Assembly: GCA_043228905.1 (NCBI GenBank)
Contig: JBHGNT010000078.1
Location: 1-64,000 of the forward strand
From: Azolla caroliniana
Taxonomy: Eukaryota; Plantae; Polypodiophyta
DNA: 64,000 nt
Direction of reading: 5' to 3'
Part shown: positions 1 through 11,156 of the stretch, piece by piece
How the letters are laid out: each line of letters begins with the position of its first letter
Numbering within the stretch: the stretch's first letter is position 1
Made by a program: the position numbers and the translations under genes
The notes under the pieces: generated by a model
Told to the model about the DNA's origin: nothing
Databases searched by the model: none
What the model saw: the letters and a program-made list of their open reading frames with translations, nothing else

Positions 1-1099
1 ACTCACGGGGTCTTCTCAACTCCTTCCTCAAATTTGCTAATTTTTTCATGTCTCTCGACCTGAGTTTCAAAATATTGATTTTTTAATTCCATATCATAGC
101 TAGCGTTGTTAGCTTCGATTCGCATGTTTGAACACAAAAATCCGATATCACACGAGCCAGGTATGAACATTTTAATTTACTCAAGGGCTCCTCTCAACTC
201 CCTCCTCATGTTTGCTAATTTCGTCATGTCTCTCGACCTGAGTTTCAAAATCTTGATTTTTTAATTCCATATCATAGCTAGCGTTGTTACCTTCGATTCG
301 CATGTTTGAACACAAAAATCCGATATCACACGAGCCAGGTATGAACATGTTAATTTACTCACGGGGTCTTCTCAACTCCTTCCTCAAATTTGAGGTATGA
401 ACATTTTAATTTACTCACGGGATCTTCTCCACTACATTCTCAAATTTGCTAATTTCTTCATGAGCTATGAGTTTCAAAATCTTGATTTTTTAATTCTATA
501 TCATAGCTAGCGTTGTTAGCTTCGATTCGCATGTTTGAACACAAAAATCCGATATCACACGGGCCAGGTATGAACATGTTAATTTACTCACGGGGTATTC
601 TCAACTCCCTCCTCAAATTTGCTAATTTCTTCATGTCCCTCGACCTGTGTTTCAAAATATTGATTTTTTAATTCCATATCATAGCTAGCGTTGTTTGCTT
701 CGATTCGCATGTTTGAACACAGAAATCCAATATCACACGAGCCAGATATGAACATTTTAATTTACTCACGGGGTCTTCTCAACTCCTTCTTCAAATTTGC
801 TAATTTTTTCATGTCTCTCGACCTGAGTTTCAAAATCTTGATTTTTTAATTCCATATCATAGCTAGCGTTGTTAGCTTCGATTCGCATGTTTGAACACAG
901 AAATCCGATATCACACGAGCCAGATATGAACATTTTAATTTACTCACGGGGTCTTCTCAACTCCTTCCTCAAATTTGCTAATTTTTTCATGTCTCTCGAC
1001 CTGAGTTTCAAAATATTGATTTTTTAATTCCATATCATAGCTAGCGTTGTTAGCTTCGATTCGCATGTTTGAACACAAAAATCCGATATCACACGAGCC

Positions 1100-3250
1100 A
1101 GGTATGAACATTTTAATTTACTCAAGGGCTCCTCTCAACTCCCTCCTCATGTTTGCTAATTTCGTCATGTCTCTCGACCTGAGTTTCAAAATCTTGATTT
1201 TTTAATTCCATATCATAGCTAGCGTTGTTAGCTTCGATTCGCATGTTTGAACACAAAAATCCGATATCACACGGGCCAGGTATGAACATCTTAATTTACT
1301 CACGGGGTCTTCTCAACTCCTTCCTCAAATTTGATAATTTCTTCATGTCTCTCGACCTGAGTTTCAAAATCTTGATTTTTTAATTCCATATCATAGCTAG
1401 CGTGGTTAGCTTCGATTCGCATGTTTGAACACAAAAATCCGATATCACACGAGACAGGTATCAACATTTTAATTTACTCACGGGGTATTCTCAACTCCCT
1501 CCTCAAATTTGCTAATTTCTTCATGTCCCTCGACCTGTGTTTCAAAATCTTGATTTTTTAATTCCATGTCATAGCTAGCGTTGTTAGCTTCGATTCGCAT
1601 GTTTGAACACTGAAATCCGATATCACACGAGCCAGATATGAACATTTTAATTTACTCACGGGGTCTTCTCAACTCCTTCCTCAAATTTGCTAATTTTTTC
1701 ATGTCTCTCGACCTGAGTTTCAAAATATTGATTTTTTAATTCCATATCATAGCTAGCGTTGTTAGCTTCGATTCGCATGTTTGAACACAAAAATCCGATA
1801 TGAGACGAGCCAGGTATGAACATTTTAATTTACTCAAGGGCTCCTCTCAACTCCCTCCTCATGTTTGCTAATTTCGTCATGTCTCTCGACCTGAGTTTCA
1901 AAATCTTGATTTTTTAATTCCATATCATAGCTAGCGTTGTTAGCTTCGATTCGCATGTTTGAACACAAAAATCCGATATCACACGAGCCAGGTATGAACA
2001 ATTTCATTTACCCACTAGCTTTTCTCAACTCCTTCCTCAAATTTGCTAATTTCTTGATGACTCTCAACCTGAGTTTCAAAATCTTGATTTTTTAATTCTA
2101 TATCATAGCTAGCGTTGTTAGCTTCGATTCGCATGTTTGAACACAAAAATCCGATATCACACGAGCCAGGTATGAACATTTTAATTTACTCAAGGGCTCC
2201 TCTCAACTCCGTCCTCATGTTTGCTAATTTCGTCATGTCTCTCGACCTGAGTTTCAAAATCTTGATTTTTTAATTCCATATCATAGCTAGCGTTGTTAGC
2301 TTCGATTCGCATGTTTGAACACAAAAATCCGATATCACACGGGCCAGGTATGAACATCTTAATTTACTCACGGGGTCTTCTCAACTCCTTCCTCAAATTT
2401 GATAATTTCTTCATGTCTCTCGACCTGAGTTTCAAAATCTTGATTTTTTAATTCCATATCATAGCTAGCGTGGTTAGCTTCGATTCGCATGTTTGAACAC
2501 AAAAATCCGATATCACACGAGACAGGTATCAACATTTTAATTTACTCACGGGGTATTCTCAACTCCCTCCTCAAATTTGCTAATTTCTTCATGTCCCTCG
2601 ACCTGTGTTTCAAAATCTTGATTTTTTAATTCCATGTCATAGCTAGCGTTGTTAGCTTCGATTCGCATGTTTGAACACTGAAATCCGATATCACACGAGC
2701 CAGATATGAACATTTTAATTTACTCACGGGGTCTTCTCAACTCCTTCCTCAAATTTGCTAATTTTTTCATGTCTCTCGACCTGAGTTTCAAAATATTGAT
2801 TTTTTAATTCCATATCATAGCTAGCGTTGTTAGCTTCGATTCGCATGTTTGAACACAAAAATCCGATATGAGACGAGCCAGGTATGAACATTTTAATTTA
2901 CTCAAGGGCTCCTCTCAACTCCCTCCTCATGTTTGCTAATTTCGTCATGTCTCTCGACCTGAGTTTCAAAATCTTGATTTTTTAATTCCATATCATAGCT
3001 AGCGTTGTTAGCTTCGATTCGCATGTTTGAACACAAAAATCCGATATCACACGAGCCAGGTATGAACAATTTCATTTACCCACTAGCTCTTCTCAACTCC
3101 TTCCTCAAATTTGCTAATTTCTTGATGACTCTCAACCTGAGTTTCAAAATCTTGATTTTTTAATTCTATATCATAGCTAGCGTTGTTAGCTTCGATTCGC
3201 ATGTTTGAACACAAAAATCCGATATCACACGAGCCAGGTATGAACATTTT
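1100..3250 (+). repeat. 6-mer higher-order repeat, period 1068 bp, 2 copies
   Basis: Markers CTCAAGGGCTCC at 1121/2189 and 1833/2901, and TCCATGTC at 1563/2631, are all offset by 1068 = 6x178. Confidence 0.9.
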
Positions 3251-6200
3251 AATTTACTCACGGGGTCTTCTCAACTCCTTCCTCAAATTTGCTAATTTCT
3301 TCATGTCTCTGGACCTCACTTTCAAAGTCTTGATTTGTTAATTCTATATCATAGCTAGTGTTGTTAGCTTCGATTCGCATGTTTGAACACAAAAATCCAA
3401 TATCACACGAGCCAGATATGAACATTTTAATTTACTCACGAGGTCTTCTCAACTGCTTCCTCAAATTTCCTAATTTTTTCATATCTCTCGACCTGAGTTT
3501 CAAAATCTTGATTTTTTAATTCCATATCATAGCTAGCGTTGTTAGCTTCGATTCGCATGTTTGAACACAAATATCCGATATTACACGAGCCAGGTAAGAA
3601 CATTTTAATTTACCCACTAGCTCTTCTCAACTCCTTCCTCAAATTTGCTAATTTCTTCATGTCTCTCGACCTGAGTTTCAAAATCTTGATTTTTTAATTC
3701 CATATCATAGCTAGCGTTGTTAGCTTCGATTCGCATGTTTGAACACAAAAATCCGATATCACACGAGACAGGTATCAACATTTTAATTTACTCACGGGGT
3801 ATTCTCAACTCCTTCCTCAAATTTGGTAATTTCTTCATGTCTCTCGACCTGAGTTTCAAACTCCTGATTTTTTAATTCTATATCATAGCTAGCGTTGTTA
3901 GCTTCGATTCGCATGTATGAACACAAAAATCCGATATTACACGAGCCAGGTATGAACATTTTAATTTACTCACGGGGTCTTCTCAACTCCGTCCTCAAAT
4001 TTCCTAATTCCTTCATGTCTCTCGACCTGTGTTTCAGAATCTTGTTTTTTTAATTCCATATTAGAGCTAACGTTGTTAGCTTCGATTCGCATGTTTGAAC
4101 ACTAAAATCCGATATCACACGAGCCAGGTATGAACATTTTAATTTACTCACGGGGTCTTCTCAACTCCGTCCTCAAATTTGCTAATTTCTTCATGTCTCT
4201 CGATCTGTGTTTCAAAGTCTTAATTTTTTAATTCCATATCATAGCTAGCGTTGTTAGCTTCGATTCGCATGTTTGAACAGAGAATTCCGATATCACACGA
4301 GCCAGGTATGAACATTTTAATTTACTCACGGGGTCTTCTCAACTCCTTCCTCAAATATGCAAATATCTTCATGTCTCTTGACCTGTGTTTCAAAATCTTG
4401 ATTTTTTAATTCCATATCATAGCTAGCTTGGTTAGCTTCGATTCGCATGTCTCTCGACCTGTATTTCAGAACTATAATTTTTCAATTCTATATCATAACT
4501 AGCGTGCTTAGCTTCGATTCGCATGTTTGAACACAAAAATCCGATATCACACGAGCCAGGTATGAACATTTTAATTTACTGACGCGCTCTTCTCAACTCC
4601 TTCCTCAAATTTGCTAATTTCTTCATGTCTCTGGACCTCACTTTCAAAGTCTTGATTTGTTAATTCTATATCATAGCTAGTGTTGTTAGCTTCGATTCGC
4701 ATGTTTGAACACAAAAATCCAAAATCACACGAGCCAGGTATGAACATTTTAATTTACTCACGAGGTCTTCTCAACTGCTTCCTCAAAGTTGCTAATTTTT
4801 TCATGTCTCTCGACCTGAGTTACAAAATATTGATTTTTTAATTCCATATCATAGCTAGCGTTGTTAGCTTCGATTCGCATGTTTGAACACAGAAATCCGA
4901 TATCACACGAGCCAGATATGAACATTTTAATTTACTCACGGGGTCTTCTCAACTCCTTCCTATAATATGCAAATATCTTCATGTCTCTTGACCTGTGTTT
5001 CAAAATCTTGATTTTTTAATTCCATATCATAGCTAGCTTGGTTAGCTTCGATTCGCATGTCTCTCGACCTGTATTTCAGAACTATAATTTTTCAATTCAA
5101 TATCATAGCTAGCGTTGTTAGCTTCGATTCGCATGTTTGAACACAAACATCCGATATCACACCAGCCAGCTATGACCATTTTAAATTACTGACGGGGTCT
5201 TCTAAACTCCTTCCTCAAATTTGCTAAATTCCTCATGTCTCTCCACCTGAGTTTCAAAATCTTGATTTTTTAATTCTATATCATAGCTAGCGTTGTTAGC
5301 TTCGATTCGCATGTTCGAACAGAAAAATCCGATATCACACCAGCCAGGTATGAACATTATAATTTACTCACGGGGTCTTCTCCACTACCTTCCCAATTTT
5401 GCTAATTTCTTCATGTCTCTCGACCTGAGTTTCAAAATCTTGATTTTTTAATTCCATATCATAGCTAGTATTGTTAGCTTCGATTCGCATGTTTGAACAC
5501 AAAAATCCGATATCACACAAGCCAGGTATGAACATTTTAATTTACTCAAGGGCTCCTCTCAACTCCCTCCTCATGTTTGCTAATTTCGTCATATCTCTTG
5601 ACCTGAGTTTCAAAATCTTGATTTTTTAATTCTATATCATAGCTAGCGTTGTTAGCTTCGATTCGCATGTTTCAACACAAAAATCCGATATCACACGGGC
5701 CAGGTATGAACATGTTAATTTACTCACGGGGTCTTCTCAACTCCTTCCTCAAATTTGATAATTTCTTCATGTCTCTCGACCTGAGTTTCAAAATCTTGAT
5801 TTTTTAATTCCATATCATAGCTAGCGTGGTTAGCTTCGATTCGCATGTTTGAACACAAAAATCCGATATCACACGAGACAGGTATCAACATTTTAATTTA
5901 CTCACGGGGTATTCTCAACTCCTTCCTCAAATTTCCTAATTTCTTCATGTCTCTCGACCTGAGTTTCAAAATCCTGATTTTTTAATTCCATATCATAGCT
6001 AGCGTTGTTAGCTTCGATTCGCATGTATGAACACAAAAATCCGATATCACACGAGCCAGGTATGAACATTTTAATTTACTCACGGGGTCTTCTCAACTCC
6101 GTCCTCAAATTACCTAATTCCTTCATGTCTCTCGACCTGTGTTTAAGAATCTTGTTTTTTTAATTCCATATCATAGCTAGCGTTGTTATCTTCGATTCGC

Positions 6201-7249
6201 ATGTTTGAACACAAAAATACGATATCACACGAGCCAGGTATGAACATTTTCATTTACCCACTAGCTCTTCTCAACTCCTTCCTCAAATTTGCTAATTTCT
6301 TGATGTCTCTCAACCTGAGTTTCAAAATCTTGATTTTTTAATTCCATATCATAGCTAGCATTGTTAGCTTCGATTCGCATGTTTGAACACGAGCCAGGTA
6401 TGAACATTTTAATTTACTCACGGGGTCTTCTCAACTCCTTCCTCAAATTTCCTAATTTCTTCATGTCTCTCGACCTGAGTTTCAAAATCTTGATTTTTTA
6501 ATTCCATATTATAGCTAGCGTTGTTACCTTCGATTAGCATGTTTGAACACAAAAATCGGATATCACACGAGACAGGTATGAACATTTTAATTTACTCAAG
6601 GGCTCCTCTTAACACCCTCCTCAAATTTGGTAATTTCGTCATGTCTCTCGACCTGAGTTTAAAAATCTTGATTTTTTTAATTTCATATCATAGCTAGCGT
6701 TGTTAGCTTCGATTCGCATGTTTGAACACAGAAATCCGATATCACACGAGCCAGATATGAACATTTTAATTTACTCACGGGGTCTTCTCAACTCCGTCCT
6801 CAAAGTTGCTAATTTTTTCATGTCTCTCGACCTGAGTTACAAAATATTGATTTTTTAATTCCATATCATAGCTAGCGTTGTTAGCTTCGATTCGCATGTT
6901 TGAACACAGAAATCCGATATCACACGAGCCAGGTATGAACATTTTAATTTACTCACGGGGTCTTCTCAACTCCTTCCTCAAATTTGCTAATTTTTTCATG
7001 TCTCTCGACCTGAGTTTCAAAATATTGATTTTTTAATTCCATATCATAGCTAGCGTTGTTAGCTTCAATTCGCATGTTTGAACACAAAAATACGATATCA
7101 CACGAGCCAGGTATGAACATTTTCATTTCCCCACTAGCTCTTCTCAACTCCTTCCTCAAATTTGCTAATTTCTTGATGTCTGTCAACCTGAGTTTCAAAA
7201 TCTTGATTTTTTAATTCCATATCATAGCTAGCGTTGTTAGCTTCGATTC

Positions 7250-10200
7250 GCATGTTTGAACACAAAAATCTGATATCACACGAGCCAGGTATGAACATTT
7301 TAATTTACTCACGGGGTCTTCTCAACTCCTTTCTCAAATTTGCTAATTTCTTCATGTCTCTCGACCTGAGTTTCAAAATCTTGATTTTTTAATTCCATAT
7401 TATAGCTAGCGTTGTTACCTTCGATTAGCATGTTTGAACACAAAAATCGGATATCACACGAGCCAGGTATGAACATTTTAATTTACTCAAGGGCTCCTCT
7501 CAACACCCTCCTCAAATTTGGTAATTTCGTCATGTCTCTCGACCTGAGTTTAAAAATCTTGATTTTTTAATTTCATATCATAGCTAGCGTTGTTAGCTTT
7601 GATTCGCATGTTTGAACACAGAAATCCGATATCACACGAGCCAGATATGAACTTTTTAATTTACTCACGGGGTCTTCTCAACTCCTTACTCAAATTTGCT
7701 AATTTTTTCATGTCTCTCGACCTGAGTTTCGAAATCTTGATTTTTTAATTCCATATCATAGTTAGCGTTGTTAGCTTCGATTCGCATGTTTGAACACAGA
7801 AATCCGATATCACACGAGCCAGATATGAACATTTTAATTTACTCACGGGGTCTTCTCAACTCCTTCCTCAAATTTGCTAATTTTTTCGTGTCTCTCGACC
7901 TGAGTTTCAAAATATTGATTTTTTAATTCCATATCATAGCTAGCGTTGTTAGCTTCGATTCGCATGTTTGAACACAAAAATCCGATATGACACGAGCCAG
8001 GTATGAACATTTTAATTTACTCAAGGGCTCCTCTCAACTCCCTCCTCATGTTTGCTAATTTCGTCATGTCTCTCGACCTGAGTTTCAAAATCTTGATTTT
8101 TTAATTCCATATCATAGATAGCGTTGTTAGCTTCGATTCGCATGTTTGAACACAAAAATCCGATATCACACGAGCCAGGTATGAACATTTTCATTTACCC
8201 ACTAGCTCTTCTCAACTCCTTCCTCAAATTTGCTAATTTCTTGATGTCTCTCAACCTGAGTTTCAAAATCTTGATTTTTTAATTCTATATCATAGCTAGC
8301 GTTGTTAGCTTCGATTCGCATGTTTGAACACAAAAATCTGATATCACACGAGCCAGGTATGAACATTTTAATTTACTCACGGGGTCTTCTCAACTCCTTC
8401 CTCAAATTTGCTAATTTCTTCATGTCTCTCGACCTGAGTTTCAAAATCTATATTTCGTAATTCCATATCATAGCTAGCGTGGTTAGCTTCGATTCACATG
8501 TTTGAAGACAGAAATCGGATATCACACGATCCAGGTAAGAACATTTTAATTTACCCACTAGCTCTTCTCAACTCCTTCCTCAAATTTGCTAATTTCTTCA
8601 TGTCTCTCAACCTGAGTTTCAAAATCTTGATTTTTTAATTCCATATCATAGCTAGCGTTGTTAGCTTCGATTCGCATGTTTGAACACAAAAATCCGATAT
8701 CACACGAGACAGGTATCAACATTTTAATTTACTCACGGGGTATTCTCAACTCCTTCCTCAAATTTCCTAATTTCTTCATGTCTCTCGACCTGAGTTTCAA
8801 AATCCTGATTTTTTAATTCCATATCATAGCTAGCGTTGTTAGCTTCGATTCGCATGTTTGAACACAAAAATCTGATATCACACGAGCCAGGTATGAACAT
8901 TTTAATTTACTCACGGGGTCTTCTCAACTCCTTTCTCAAATTTGCTAATTTCTTCATGTCTCTCGACCTGAGTTTCAAAATCTTGATTTTTTAATTCCAT
9001 ATTATAGCTAGCGTTGTTACCTTCGATTAGCATGTTTGAACACAAAAATCGGATATCACACGAGCCAGGTATGAACATTTTAATTTACTCAAGGGCTCCT
9101 CTCAACACCCTCCTCAAATTTGGTAATTTCGTCATGTCTCTCGACCTGAGTTTAAAAATCTTGATTTTTTAATTTCATATCATAGCTAGCGTTGTTAGCT
9201 TTGATTCGCATGTTTGAACACAGAAATCCGATATCACACGAGCCAGATATGAACATTTTAATTTACTCACGGGGTCTTCTCAACTCCTTACTCAAATTTG
9301 CTAATTTTTTCATGTCTCTCGACCTGAGTTTCAAAATCTTGATTTTTTAATTCCATATCATAGTTAGCGTTGTTAGCTTCGATTCGCATGTTTGAACACA
9401 GAAATCCGATATCACACGAGCCAGATATGAACATTTTAATTTACTCACGGGGTCTTCTCAACTCCTTCCTCAAATTTGCTAATTTTTTCATGTCTCTCGA
9501 CCTGAGTTTCAAAATATTTATTTTTTAATTCCATATCATAGCTAGCGTTGTTAGCTTCGATTCGCATGTTTGAACACAAAAATCCGATATGACACGAGCC
9601 AGGTATGAACATTTTAATTTACTCAAGGGCTCCTCTCAACTCCCTCCTCATGTTTGCTAATTTCGTCATGTCTCTCGACCTGAGTTTCAAAATCTTGATT
9701 TTTTAATTCCATATCATAGATAGCGTTGTTAGCTTCGATTCGCATGTTTGAACACAAAAATCCGATATCACACGAGCCAGGTATGAACATTTTCATTTAC
9801 CCACTAGCTCTTCTCAACTCCTTCCTCAAATTTGCTAATTTCTTGATGTCTCTCAACCTGAGTTTCAAAATCTTGATTTTTTAATTCTATATCATAGCTA
9901 GCGTTGTTAGCTTCGATTCGCATGTTTGAACACAAAAATCTGATATCACACGAGCCAGGTATGAACATTTTAATTTACTCACGGGGTCTTCTCAACTCCT
10001 TCCTCAAATTTGCTAATTTCTTCATGTCTCTCGACCTGAGTTTCAAAATCTATATTTCTTAATTCCATATCATAGCTAGCGTGGTTAGCTTCGATTCACA
10101 TGTTTGAAGACAGAAATCGGATATCACACGATCCAGGTAAGAACATTTTAATTTACCCACTAGCTCTTCTCAACTCCTTCCTCAAATTTGCTAATTTCTT

Positions 10201-10450
10201 CATGTCTCTCAACCTGAGTTTCAAAATCTTGATTTTTTAATTCCATATCATAGCTAGCGTTGTTAGCTTCGATTCGCATGTTTGAACACAAAAATCCGAT
10301 ATCACACGAGACAGGTATCAACATTTTAATTTACTCACGGGGTATTCTCAACTCCTTCCTCAAATTTCCTAATTTCTTCATGTCTCTCGACCTGAGTTTC
10401 AAAATCCTGATTTTTTAATTCCATATCATAGCTAGCGTTGTTAGCTTCGA
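7250..10450 (+). repeat. 9-mer higher-order repeat, period 1602 bp, 2 copies
   Basis: CTCAACTCCTTTCTC at 7321/8923 and ATCATAGATA at 8111/9713 are offset by 1602 = 9x178. Confidence 0.9.
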
Positions 10451-11130
10451 TTTGCATGTATGAACACAAAAATCCGATATCACACGAGCCAGGTATGAAC
10501 ATTTTAATTTACTCACGGGGTCTTCTCAACTCCGTCCTCAAATTTCCTAATTCCTTCATGTCTCTCGACCTGTGTTTCAGAATCTTGTTTTTTTAATTCT
10601 ATATTAGAGCTAGCGTTGTTAGCTTCGATTCGCATGTTTGAACACTAAAATCCGATATCACACGAGCCAGGTATGAACATTTTAATTTACTCACGGGGTC
10701 TTCTCAACTCCGTCCTCAAATTTGCTAATTTCTTCATGTCTCTCGATCTGTCTTTCAAAGTCTTGATTTTTTAATTCCATATCATAGCTAGCGTTGTTAG
10801 CTTCGATTCGCATGTTTGAACAGAGAATTCCGATATCACACGAGACAGGTATCAACATTTTAATTTACTCACCGGGTATTCTGTACTCCTTCCTCAAATT
10901 TCCTAATTTCTTCATGTCTCTCGACCTGAGTTTCAAAATCCTGATTTTTTAATTCCATATCATAGCTAGCGTGGTAAGATTCGATTCGCATGTTTGAAGA
11001 CAAAAATCGGATATCACACGATCCAGGTAAGAACATTTTAATTTACCTACTAGCTCTTCTCAACTGACTCCTCAAATTTGGTAATTTCGTCATGTCTCTC
11101 GACCTGAGTTTCAAAATCTTGATTTTTTAA

Positions 11131-11156
11131 TTCAAACATGCGAATCAAAGCTAACA
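11131..11156 (-). other. 26-bp inverted satellite fragment (micro-inversion)
   Basis: TTCAAACATGCGAATCAAAGCTAACA is the exact reverse complement of the monomer variant TGTTAGCTTTGATTCGCATGTTTGAA seen at 7591-7616. Confidence 0.93.

Noticed and set aside
108-135. CENP-B box suggested by the TTCG motifs
   Set aside because: Neither TTCG fits TTCGnnnnAnnCGGG; the A and CGGG are missing.
1-178. Assignment to Arabidopsis CEN178/CEN180, alpha satellite or another named satellite
   Set aside because: Only the length is similar. I do not recognise their diagnostic sequence here and cannot run a database search.
6660-6680. Single-base homopolymer length differences (e.g. an extra T at ~6672, a missing base at ~56684)
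   Set aside because: These cannot be distinguished from sequencing or consensus error without reads.
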